Source: Macrostomum lignano (lineage: Eukaryota). From it: 64,000 nt of DNA. Below the pieces are notes generated by a model. The model had not been told where the DNA came from. It ran no database searches and saw only the letters and a list, made by a program, of their open reading frames with translations. This document shows, in pieces, positions 1 to 12,500 of the stretch (its first letter is position 1; each line of letters begins with the position of its first letter). The stretch covers positions 62,001-126,000 of the forward strand of contig NIVC01001913.1 of NCBI GenBank assembly GCA_002269645.1, given 5' to 3'. The position numbers and the translations under genes were made by a program.

Positions 1-767
1 AACTTGGCTGGCTTTGATTGAAGACGGCTCAACTTCGAAGCCAACAATTCGATACATCTGATGCTCGTCCAGATTGTAACTGACAATAAACTTGAGGTGA
101 TTGTGCACAAACAGCTGGGCCTTGTCCTTCAGCTCGTAGCCGAGTCTGTAGCCAAGTTCGTATTGAGTCTCCCCTGTGCCCAGCATCTTGAACTTGGTGG
201 CCACTGGCAGATTGTCGGCCATCAAGTGCACAGTGTACTTATTGTGGATCCGGTCAGTGAGCATAGTGGCCTGCTCAGGTTGCAGCGGCACCTCGCATAA
301 CTTGCGACATTTTTCATCCCTGCCAGCCTTCAATACGTAGGGCGTGTTCACTATGCGGTCGCCTTTGAGAATTTCGCCAAGATTTTCAGCTTTGTACTCG
401 AAGCCCTTTTCCGGAGTGCAGAACGGCATCGAGTAGTATTCGTAGGGCAGCTGGGTCTTCACGCTAGTCAGCTTCACCGCCTGCGATGCGAGAGGGTGGG
501 ATACTTCTATGTAGTTTGTTTGCAATGCACTTTAGCGTGCTTAGGATTAGTAGAAGTTGAAGGACTGGGGTTTAGTAGGTCACTGAAGCACATGGAGTTG
601 GTAGCAAAAACTGACTGATAAAACTGTTGATTTAGTAATAATATTTTAGTGCTTACCTTAACTTCAACATGATCATCTTTGGAAAATTCCACAGGGGCTA
701 TTCCAGGAATGTAAAATGCCTGAGTAGCACCTAGGAAAGCAATCAGCAATAGGACTGGAGCTTGCAT
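1..767 (-). CDS. TM9SF4: Transmembrane 9 superfamily member 4 (nonaspanin), first two coding exons; gene continues beyond the left edge
   Basis: Exon 1 767-657 (signal peptide MQAPVLLLIAFLGATQAFYIPGIAPVEF..., donor gtaagc). Exon 2 480-1 (acceptor cag) reads AVKLTSVKTQLPYEYYSMPFC...AENLGEILKGDRIVNTPY...ADNLPVAT...YRIVGFEVEP. These are the hallmark TM9SF4 luminal-domain motifs; phase 0 is consistent. Confidence 0.92.
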
Positions 768-1010
768 TGCAGCAATTGTTGCTTAACTTTTACTGAAATA
801 ACAATATAATGCAAACTTTAATTAGTGCGACAAAAATATCAAATTTCCATAAAACAGTTAATGACATTGATTAACTATCAATATGAACAGTTTCATATTT
901 TCTAATAATTCCTAAAGGCTATTGCACTAAGCTAAAGTCTAAGATTCTAAGATTCAGTCTAAAGATGGAAATAAACAAATAAAATGACAGGATAAAGTTG
1001 TTAGGAGGTT

Positions 1011-1075
1011 TTAGCCTAGTGGTAAGAGTGTTCAACTCATAGCTAAAAGATTGCAGGTTTAATTTCCAATTCCCA
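1011..1075 (+). mobile_element. Decayed tRNA-derived SINE head
   Basis: Aligns to the SINE head at 33245-33180 (reverse complement), with mostly C>T/G>A differences. Confidence 0.55.
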
Positions 1076-2894
1076 AATTACTTATATATTGCCTATAGAT
1101 ATTTTACGTTAAGACATATTGTCCTCTTTTTTAGGATTGAATTTTTGCCTAAAATAAAAATGTAGAAATTTTAAGGCAAGATTAAGTTTTATTCTATTAT
1201 ATATATTCAATTGTGAATGCAGGTTAGGTTTTTGTTTTTGAACCGCAGAGGTTTTTGACCCACATTCATGGTCCCAATGCCAAGGTCAGGTTTTGTGAAT
1301 TTCAGGGCATTTTTGACTAAGACTCCAAAGTAAAAAAAATTGCATGTCTCTGCCTTTTTATAGAGTGAATATTAGGGTCCATGATAGGAACAAATCTTGC
1401 AGCTGCTGTCTTGAAACTTTGTGCTTGATTAGCTCTATTTGTGGTTTTCTTTTAAGTAAGCATAGAAGCACTATATGGTGTGTATTTCTATAGCCAAGGG
1501 TATATGAACAAATGCATGCTGCTTACAGCAAGAAGCACTTATAAAAATCAGACTTTCTTGGCATGAAAGCTAAAATAAGCTGCTACCTTTTAAGGCATAT
1601 GACTTTTTAAACATATTAATAGGCCCTACTTGTAGAAGCAAGCAAAGGTGATACTACTTCTGGGATACCCCTTGTAATATGTGCCTATGCATAGCATTTA
1701 TATATTTTAATATGCTTAAGAAGTACTAAAAAAGACAGGCCCTAGAATTACCTTAGTACTGATTATGATAATGTTACTAGACCTTTTAAGTCAAGGCAAG
1801 GTATCTAGAAACAATTATTAGTTTATAGTTTATTAATAAAATTAGGATAAACAAACTAAACTATAAATATATATGCTTAAGCTATGAAGTAAATTCTAAG
1901 GAACAATCATTATGCTTTTTTTAAATTGTTTTGAAAAAACAAAAATATAATTCAAATTGATTGGAAATAAAAAATAAAAAGATGCTAAGTATAATTAAAG
2001 TTATAGACTCTATACTATTTATAAATTGTAATAGGCTTAGCCTTTTTAATAAGACAATCAGTTACTCTTGCTGTTTACCCAAAATTGCACTGCACTGCAA
2101 TATTATCTGCCTTAACTCTAGCTGCAATACAGCATCAAAAAATTCTAAAATTGCAATAGATAGTCTGAGTATACAGTTAATACACCCTGAATTTTAAAAT
2201 TGTACCTTGAAATTAAAAAAGTAGGTGCAATCTTGCTTTCTACTTTACCCTTTAGGCTTAAAAATATGAAATTAGCTTGTAATAATTAATATATCAATTC
2301 AAATTGTATAAGTTATAACCTATATATAAAAATGTATTTAGAATAATAGGTACGTCTATATTCCCAGCTTTCTTGCCTTTCTAAAGTAAGAGAAATTGCA
2401 CTTTAAGACCTAAAATTGCACAGGCTTAAAATGAGGCACAAGGTGCAATTTTGCACTTTTTTGCAAAAACCTAGTTATCTAGGTTAAATTATATAAGCAA
2501 ATGGTAAAATTTTAAAAAAAAATTAACCTAAATTATAATTTATAATACTAGGCCTTTATAATACTAAACAAATGCAGCTTGCCTAATTTCAATAGATAAA
2601 AAAACTTAAAAGGCAAAGACCTTATCTTTGTTATTATTATAATTTAATTTTGCAATTTTTTATTAAAAAATTGTTATTCTATTTTATTCTAAATTAGCAT
2701 TCATAGGCCTATAGCATAGGCCTAAAATTATTATAGATTATAATTTTAAATTAAATTTTTAGTATATTGGACTAGCAATCTTCGCCCCCCGATGGGGGAC
2801 ATCTGGATAGAATCCTTGTTCTTTACAAATAACAAATAGACAGCGAAATAAAACCTTCAAAAAACAACAACAGACATTCCCTCTAAAAACAAAA

Positions 2895-3330
2895 CATCCC
2901 AAGACAGCAAGCATCCTCAGACAGCATTCAAGCATCGATCCCCAAATAGCAAGCATCCCCCAGACTGCAAGCATCCCCCAGGTAGCAAGCATCCCCCAGG
3001 TAGCAAGCATCCCCCCAATAGCAAGCAACCCCAGATAGCAAGCATCCCCAGATAGCAAGCATTCCCTCAGACCCCAGATAGTAAGCATCCCCCAGTTCGC
3101 AAGCATCCCCCAGATTGCAAGCATCCCCCAGTTCGCAAGCATCCCCCAGATTGCAAGCATCCCCCAGTTCGCAAGCAACCCCTGATAGCAAGCATAACCT
3201 GGATACAAAGATACCTTATAGATATCTAGCAACCCCCTCTCAGATAGCAAGTACCCTCCACCCACAAGAGCAAGCATCCCCCTGTAAGCAAGTATCCATC
3301 CTTAAAAAGCAAGCATCCACCAGAGAACAA
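2895..3330. repeat. ~18-bp minisatellite (agcaagcatcccccagat)
   Basis: Direct tandem copies; produces the periodic spurious ORFs at 2759-3363. Confidence 0.9.
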
Positions 3331-3379
3331 GTAGCTAGTGCAACAATTTCTTTAGCTTTATAATGGTTCCATTTTGTTT

Positions 3380-5830
3380 GGCATGACACTTCTTTTATGT
3401 TTGAAATGGGGTCTCTTTTTTGTTTAAAAAGGTGGCTCTTTAATGTTTGACATGGTAGCTCTTCTATGTTTGACATGGTAGCTCTTTTGTGTTTGACATG
3501 ATAGCTCTTTAATGTTTGACATGGTGGCTCTTCTATGTTTGACATGGTAGCTACTTTGTGTTTGACATGATAGCTCTTTAATGTTTGACATGGTGGCTCT
3601 TTAATGTTTGACATTGAGTCACGTATATGTTTCACATGATGGCTCTTTTATGTTTGACATGATGGCTCTTTAATGTTTGACAAGGTGGCTCTTTAATGTT
3701 CGCCATGGTGGCTCTTTAATGTTTGACATGGTGGCCCTTTAATGTTCGACATGGTGGCTCTTTAATGTTTGACATGGTGGCTCTTTTATGTTTGACATGA
3801 AGGCTCTGTTATGTTTGACATGGAGTCACGTATACATTTGACATAGTGTCTCTTCTATGTTTTACATGGTGGCTATTCTGTGTTTGACATGATAGCTCTT
3901 TAATGTTTGACATGGTGGCTCTTTAATGTTTGACATGGAGTCCCGTATATTTTTGACATAATGGCACTTTTATGTTTGACATGGTGGCTCTTTTATGTTT
4001 GACATCGTTGTTCTTTTATGTTTGGCATGGTGGCTCTTTTATGTTTGACATCGTTGCTCTTTTATGTTTTGCATGGTGGCTCTTAAATGTTCGACATGGT
4101 GGCTCTTTTATATTTGGCATGGTGGCTCTTTTATATTTGGCATGGTGGCTCTTTTATGTTCGACATGGTGGCTCTTTTATGTTTGACATGGTGGCCCTTT
4201 AATGTTCGACATGGTGGCTCTTTAATTTTTGACATAGTGGCACTTTTATGTTTGACATGGTGGCACTTTTATGTTTGACATGGAGTCACGTATACGTTTG
4301 ACATAGTGTCTCTTCAATGTTTGACATGGTGGCTATTTTGTGTTTGACATGATAGCTCTTTAATGTTTGACATGGTAGCTCTTTAATGTTCACCATGGTG
4401 GCTTTTTAATGTTTGACATGGTGGCTCTTTTATGTTTGACATGGTGGCTCTTTACTGAGTGAAATAGTGGCTCTTTAATGTTCCACATGGTAACTCTTTT
4501 ATGTTTGATACGGTGGCTTTTTAATGTCTGACATGGTGGCTCTTTTATGTTTGACATGGTGGCTCTTCTATGTTTAACATGGTGGCTCTTTTATGTTTGA
4601 TACGGTGGCTTTTTAATGTCTGACATGGTGGCTCTTTTATGTTTGACATGGTGGCTCTTCTATGTTTAACATGGTGGCTCTTTTATGTTTGACACGGAGG
4701 CTCTTTAATGTTCGACAAAGTGGCTATTTGATGTTTGATATGGTGACTCTTAAATGTTATACATGGTGGCTCTTTACTGTTTGAAATGGTGGCTCTTTAA
4801 TGTTCAAAATGGTGGCTCTTTTATGTTTGACATGGTGGCTCTTTTAGGTTTGACATGATTGCACTTTTATGTTTTGACATGGTAGCTCTTAAATGTTTGA
4901 CATGGTAGCTCTTAAATGTTTGACATGGTAGCTCTTTTATGTTTGACATGGTGGCTCTTTACTGTTTGAAATGGTGGCTCTTTAATGTTCTACATTGTAA
5001 CTCTTTTATGTTTGATACGGTGGCTTTTTAATGTCTGACATGGTGGCTCTTTTATGTTTGAAATGGTGGCTCTTCTATGTTTAACATGGTGGCTCTTTTA
5101 TGTTTGACACGGTGGCTCTTTTATGTTTAACACGGTGGCTCTTTAATGTTTGACAAAGTGGCTATTTGATGTTTGATATGGTGACGCCTAAATGTTTTAC
5201 ATGGTGGCTCTTCTATGTTTGACATGGTGGCTCTTTATTGTTTGACATGGTGGCTCTTTATTGTTTGACATGGTGGCTCTTTATTGTTTGACATGGTGGC
5301 TCTTTAATGTTTAACCTGGTGGCTCTTTTATGTTTGACACGGCGGCTCTCTAATGTTTGACAAAGTGGCTATTTAATGTTCGAAATGGTGGCTCTTTAAA
5401 GTTTGACATAAAGTCACATATATGTTTGACATGGTGGCTCTTAAATGTTTGACATGGTGGCTCTTAAATGTTTGACATGGTGGCTCTTAAATGTTTGACA
5501 TGGTGGCTCTTAAATGTTTGACATGGTGGCTTTTAAATGTTAGACGTGGTGGCTTGTTTAGGTTTGACATGGTGGCTCTTTAATGTTTGACATAATGGCT
5601 CTTAAATGTTTGACATGGTGGCTCTTAAATGTTAGACATGGTGGCTTGTTTAGGTTTGACATAGTGGCTCTTCTATGTTTGAAATGGTGGCTTTTTAATG
5701 GTTGACATGGAGTCACATATATGTTTGACATAGTGCTTATTTTATGTTTGACATGGTAACTCTTTTATATTCGAAATGTTGGCTCTTTAATGTTTGACAT
5801 GGTGGCTCTTCTATGTTTGACATTGCGCTT
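3380..5830. repeat. 23-bp minisatellite (atgtttgacatggtggctctt(t/a)a), ~100 copies
   Basis: Clear 23-bp periodicity with variant units. Confidence 0.95.
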
Positions 5831-6604
5831 CTATTATGTTTAGCAGTTTTGTTGTGTTTTTAAGGTGTTTTGATAAAAAAATCTTTTTGCACTACTAAGA
5901 TTCGAACCCAGGTTGCTACATTAGCATTCCAGTCTATTCACATCTTGGCTATCTGTTTTCAATTGGAGAACGTGAATTGTGGTCCTTATAATTCAATTCT
6001 TTAGCAAGTCAATTGAAGTAAAAAGTAATGACATAATCAATTTCTCAGTCAGCCAGTATCAGTCTCAATTTAAGTTAGCAATATTGGTTACGCAATTTAA
6101 ATCAAGTCGTGTGTGCATTTCTTCGGCACTGTTTTCAACTTGTTGTGATGCAATCTTTATCACAATTGGAATTCAGCCAGTCAGTTTTTTCTCTAGCATT
6201 CTTACAATGAATTTTAGGTCGAAAGAGCTGCTTGACCTTTGCAAAAAAGCAAGTTTTTCAAATATTTAATCCCTTTAAAATTGAGCAATTTTTTAGCCAA
6301 GATGCATGTACCGTCCCAGGAAAATTTCTGATCGAATGGTGCAAGTTTGAAGAAAATTGGTTGAGCCAATTTTTCTGAAATCTATCGCATACCTACCTAC
6401 CTACCCACAGGCCACATACAGACAACTCATTTTTAGTATATTGGATATATGCAATAGTTACTGTTAATTATTGCAATATATATTTAAATTAAAAGCTATC
6501 AATTGTCATAGTTTTTAGCAGCTTTATTTTTTGTTAGAGATATATTCTATATTTTATTGAAAAATAAAATTGTAATTGCAATATGAAAAATGATAAAATT
6601 TCAA

Positions 6605-6805
6605 TAAGGGCAGATCCAGAGGTAGGCCAAACAGGCTATGCTCTCCCGGCCCTCCCTTAGCAGTGGCCAGGCCAAGAAAGTTTTGGCTATACTTTTTTGG
6701 CCTGCAACTATACTAGGTCTATTTTACAATATTGGGTTATAGGTACTTATAGTGCTTAGTAAAGCAAAGCTTGCCTCCCACAAGAATTTTTCGGATTTGC
6801 ACCTG
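6605..6805. mobile_element. Decayed hAT-type MITE
   Basis: Ends agggcagatccagag ... ggatttgcacctg look like CpG-decayed versions of AGGGGCGGATCCAG...CTGGATCCGCCCCTG termini. Confidence 0.45.
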
Positions 6806-8719
6806 AATTTCAAAAGCTATATGTATGGTTTTTTAATTATTAATTGATAAGAACATATTTGTAATTTTTCAATTATTTACTTAATTTTGCTAGGCCTAGA
6901 CGCCTAGTTCAAAAAACCATTCAAATCTTTTTGTTTTTGGTTGGATTCTTAAAATTGCTGTAGCCATAGCCTAAGACTAGCCCATACGGCTATAATTTAA
7001 AACACGAATCTTATAATATGATAATGAATAACTTAAAGAAGAGTATAAAGATGACATCGGGTTAATCAAGCGCTAACAATCAGCCAGTGGAGTGGCCCTA
7101 CACTACACAGGAATGATTTTACAAAATTCACAGAAAAGTAAGCAGAGTATAAAAACAACATGTTCCTCGGTTCTTCCTAATTTTTGCAAGGCATTTCTTT
7201 TTATCAACATTAATTTGCAACCAAAAATATATTTACTCTTTTGTTTATTAAAAGCCTTTAATTTTTTTGTTTTAAAAAGTGAACTTTTCAATATTTTAAA
7301 AGAAGCAATTATTTAAATAAATTATTTTCTTTTTGAACTTAACCTGATGATGATGAGTGAGGTCCGCATGTAACACTTATCATCATCAAGTCTGGAAGAC
7401 TTAAACATTTAAATATGACGAATTTGACCAAAGGCAAGGGTGTATTAATTTAGGATTTTCCTACCTTCAGGCAAAAATCCCTTGCATGCACTCGTAATTT
7501 TTATATTAACTATATCAATTAATGCTGATTGCTGCATGATTACTGAGACTAATATATAATAAACAGTAGAGAGATGATGAATATCAAAACTAATTTATGC
7601 AAAGAAAACTGCCTGCAGTAGCAAGGAATGCAAGTTTTAAGTTATATTTCATTTGTTGATATACATGTAAGTATCAATTATTGGCCAATTAAGTAAAAAC
7701 GCAAAGATAAAAATGAACTACACTGTATAGCACTATAGCTGACATTTTTATAAGTCTAGGCATGATAATGCAATAAAATTAGTTCAATGTAAAAAGCAAA
7801 TTTCATATTTCAATTTCAGTAGATAAAAATGTTACAAATTAAAAAGTTTAAGCAAAAGCTTGCAATCCTTTAGGCTGAAGCTAACTGCAAGCATGTAGGA
7901 ATTTGTGGATGCTCAGCTGCCCAGCTATGTATAATCTCCACAGCTCACTGATTCGCATTTGTAGTTCAATGTATTTTGCACAATGGTTGCGACTTTTGGA
8001 GCCCTGTAGTACTAGTTCTGCCTGCATAGCAGCAACATTGGCCTCCTTGTATAGCAGCTAGAGTAGCATATACAGAGGAAGCTTTGCATGGCCTTCTCTG
8101 TTCTTCAGCCAACGATGCCAGCCTTCTACTTCATTATTTGTTACATAGTACAGGGTACATAATATACATGCATAATCAAGATTATTTCCATGGCCTATAA
8201 AGGCTTGTTTAATTTGATTCCTTTGTATTTAACTGTATGGTTTTGATGGCTCATTTGATGGTACTTTGAATAAGCCTTAAGTTATTCACTGTAAATTGTT
8301 TTAATCTGTTGGCAAACAAGAACACGCTGCTGCCATGAGCTAAGATCCTTGCGTAGCCAATGCAACACAATATGACAATTTAGTAAATGAAGCATTGTCC
8401 AATACTAAGATGATGATGATTTAGATAATTTAGTTGTTTTCCTATAAGCCGCAGGTGACAATCTCAAATATGACAACTTTGGCCAAAACCAGTAATGTAG
8501 CTATCTTTTACATTCTTGCTATGCTAATTGCCTTTCATAGTAAATAATGTTTACTACCCTAATTAGCAAGTGCAATTTGGGCAAGGGTACAATTTCTAGC
8601 ACTATTGCTTATGATAAGAAATTTTTGGCAATCTCCTAGTTTACTGTGTTAAATTTTTTTCAGGTAAAAAATGAAAAGTTACATATTTCAACAGTTGACA
8701 GTAGTTAGAAGGCAGTCCA

Positions 8720-9490
8720 AAGTGTGTCAATAATAATATAAGAAGTTCCTAAACTCCTTTGGGAAAAGGTGGCGCCACAGGTACTCATTGAGGTGGGTCT
8801 CAAACAGGGCATTGCTAGTGCAGTGCATTGCCCTAAATTTGGTCTTGAGCCTGCTATCCATCAGTCAGTATCTTTGTGCCAGGAAGTATGTGCTGCTGGA
8901 TAATGGGCAGAAGTGTTTGAGCAGTGCGGTTTGGAATGAGCACCATCATGACTTTGTTGGTACCACGTTCCACCATTCCAAGAACCCAATGACCTTCATG
9001 GTAGGCACCTTGCTGGTACTTGCGGTGGAAAAAACTTTGACTCATCTATCTCCACCTCACTACCAAGTCCCATTGGTGGCCAAGTTCCAAAAGGCCACCA
9101 AGTTCCATGGGATGGTCGAGCAAGTATTGGCAGCATATGTTGCAATAGAAATTGGCCCAGTCTGTGGTAGTCTGGCAGGAAATGCGACACTGAGGTTCAA
9201 TCTGATGCATAGGTAGGCTGCATGCCTAAAGGTAGATGAAATCCAGCAGCTAGGTGACAGTGAGATGGCTGCCCTCAAAGAAGCTGCCCTTTGTAACTGC
9301 TTTCTGCATCCTGTAGGTAGAGCATGACCAGGTGTAGCCATTGATAAACTAGAGTCCATCTTGCTGCTGTAGTTGCATGGCCGGAGTATCTGGGCATCAT
9401 TTGCAAGCCTGGGAGTTAAGGAGCAGCCCGTAAGGGGCCAGCTAGTGCATGGTTGCACAATTGTAGTTGGTGCTCTAGGCCTCCCAGCCA
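8720..9490 (-). pseudogene. Merlin / ISXO2 (IS1595-like) DDE transposase pseudogene
   Basis: Motifs NGYTWSC, KGSFFEGSHL, TDWANFYCNIC, VEIDESKFF, GHWVLGMVERGTNKV...PNRTAQTLLPIIQQHILPGTKILTDG, LFETHLNEYLWR. Multiple TAG/TGA stops, a frameshift and an internal deletion after TDG. Confidence 0.88.
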
Positions 9491-9532
9491 TATGGGCAGT
9501 CAGCAGGTAGGCTGAAAAGTTTTGAAAGTGGG

Positions 9533-12500
9533 CACGGTTAGGCTGGGCACTGATATTGGGGAAAAAATTGCCACAAGATGGCACCTATGTACCATTAAAC
9601 TACTGCCTTTCTGTAGTTCAGAAAGCCCACTCATTAAAATTCATGTGCCTATCTTTGTGTACAATCTGTGTACAATTGCTCTCGTTAATAAGACAAGCAG
9701 AAATTTTTAGCAAGTGACAGACTCAATGTATACTTGTACAAAAAAGAGTACAAGATTACAAGAAGTTTATTTAGGTTAATGTTTGTGTAGTATTATTGCT
9801 TGTTTTACTTGTTAACTAGCTTGTAAGTTAGTAAGTTAAATAATTTTACGATTTCTAACATTACAAATTGTTTACATTTAAATACTCGGAAACAGCATGG
9901 GTTTTATAGAAAAATTTCGAAATAACTATATTCTTTTTGTGTAGCAAGTTCCTCAAATATTAACCAGAACTACATGCATTTCTGCAATAATATTGCAAGG
10001 TACGCTCGTATTAGCATATAAAGTAGCAAAAGTATGAAAGCTTTCTAAAGTACGGGAGCTTGCAAAAATTTTAGTATTTTAAATTTATAGGGTCCTTTGA
10101 ATACTACTTTACTGTAAGACTAACAACCACTGCCATTTCTTTTACCGGTAAAGCAGAAAACTGAGTTACCAGGATTAAATGTGGTGGCTGTTGTAAGCAA
10201 CCACGGCGCGCAAAAGATTTTGGCCAAACTCAGCATGGTGCGCTGGCAGGCTGTACCGTGACCACGTTTTGGCAAAATCAGAGTGAACACTCTCCACTGC
10301 TTGCTCGCTGCAGCTGCCAAGCGCTTGCCCTGTCCGCTGGTAGAACTCTCCAACATGGCAAAAGACAACGTGAACTTTTGGGGTGACAGGCAAGCTTAAG
10401 CTCATGTAGGCCAGTCGAAAATTCTCAATTGCCTCTTCAAAGTCTGCCGCCAATTCGGTTCCAAAGGCGCTGCTGACCAGCCGATCGAACGCCATCAGAC
10501 ACGCCCCGTACGGCTGTAATGGTGGAGGCAGATCAGCGTGAAGCTGCGGTGATTTGCGGAGCAGCTGGCGGCAGGCGTTTCCTTCCATCATGCCACCTCT
10601 GTAATCAGCTCGAATAATGCCATGCTGATGAGCCCACTCGAACGCGCGATTCGCACCCCAAGCTTCGTTGAGCTTGTCCAGCAGTCGGTTGCTGACTCCA
10701 AGGAGCAGGTGCAGCTCAGGTGGCGGCAGAAGCATCAAAACTTCTTTGTCATCATCGCCTGGTAGCAGTGGCATGTTGACACAGTTTTTAAAGTTCTTTG
10801 CCTTTGCACGAACTTGGCCAGCTGCTTGAAACTGCTGAGCAAACTGCCGAATTCTCCCAAGAGTTCTTGGCACACCATTTTCTGTAAGAGGAGCCAGAGC
10901 TTCGCAATAGGGGCACGGATGTGTACAGGAATGAGGTTGCAGTCCGCAGATGATGTTTGCAACTTTCATATCTGCAGTGACTGGGATTTGAAGTTTGTTG
11001 ACAGCGATCGCCTCGAGCAGAGCCTGAATATTTCCGTAAGTCTCAGGAACGTCGTTGACTATCGCAAGCAACAGGATCTTCTTGACACCCGTGTCACAGA
11101 ATTTCCTGCTGTTGGCTCCTCGAGTTCCGATTTCGGGTTTTGCGTTAGAGCCAATTATCGAAACGCAAACTTTAAAAAATCTGCCGCCACCATCGAGACC
11201 CAGCAGACAGTGAAAATCATTGAAACTGCGTTGCTGAGCAACATGTGCAATGAGTTTGACCGAGTCGTTGCAGACAACAGTCGGGCGGCAAATAGTGTCG
11301 GCTGTTGCGGCAGTCGAGGTCAGCTCCGAGAACTGGAGATTCTGGATGTCGAAGTAATCCTCTAATGCTCGATTTTGCTGTACCAAAATTTTCTTCAAGT
11401 TTGACTCGACTGCACAAGATGAGCTCGCGCCAGCACGAAGCACTTGAGCAGCCTATAGCACTTGATTGTTGCTCAGATTCAGAGTTGTTTTCAAGTGCAT
11501 CATAGTGTCCGTCCTCGTTGGAGGAAAGCTCGCACTGCTGTTTTGAGCAACATGCACAGCAACTCGAATTGGATGGCCGCCTCGATGTCTGGCCAGAGTG
11601 ATCGAATTCGAATCCGCCGTCGACCCACCCGTCTTTTCGGCAATGCAGTTGCTGGCCAGCATCTCCCTTGTCCTTGGGCTGACTGTTTGCTCGATGTTAG
11701 TCACCTTAGCTGTTGAGTTGCATTTGTGCTGTTTGCCACGCCCAACTGGAGAATGACAGTATGAGCAGGAAAGCACAGCCGTTGCTCCTTCAGCTGGCGC
11801 TGGGGATCTTTCGCGTGGTCGACCAGGTGGGGCTCAAGCAGGACCTGTTGTGTAAGGCGTCTTTGGATCGCTGCCTTTGTGGTGATTGCCACAAGCCAAT
11901 TCGCACAGTTGGCAGTTGCAATCCGGTCTGCTTCTGGTGGCTGGAGGCAGACTCTTTATGTCGGCTATTATCTTCTCGTAATCTGGTCGCGGTGGCAGAG
12001 CACAAGGCGTCAGACTTCTTAGTGACGATAAAACGCGCCTGCAGCCCTGGCAAACTCCTTCAGGTAGAAAGTGCCGCACTGCCTCGTAGTCCTGGAACAA
12101 GTCGGCTGCCACGGATTCGAAATTAGAGCAAGAAGAAATCAGCGCAGAAGCTCGTCTCAAGCAGAGCAGGCACAAACTTTGCCTGTTCTCGTTATGAGTT
12201 TTTTTTGTCGTTGGCATTGTAGACAGTACAAGCTATGCAAACAGCTCTTTCAGTTCAGGCACTCGCTTGTTTTAGATCAAATAGAACTAGATCAAACCTT
12301 TATAAGTAAATTGAGCAGTATGATAACCAAGTTAACGCACCTGGCAGAAATATTACAAAGCAATTATAGATAAGATACTACTGTGTTATTACTATTGATA
12401 AATTCCTCTTTATGACTGCAATTATAAGGCATAAGCTACCTGTGGTGCAGCGTTTTATTGCTCAAGCAGATATGGGGCAATATTTACTCCCAAAGTCCTT

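Larger units (their letters stand above)
2772..6445 (-). mobile_element. Non-autonomous Helitron carrying two minisatellite arrays
   Basis: On the minus strand: A|TC 5' end at 6445, 3' hairpin CCCCC-ATCG-GGGGG about 10 nt before a terminal CTAG (2775-2772), followed by T. No Rep/helicase ORF. Confidence 0.75.
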
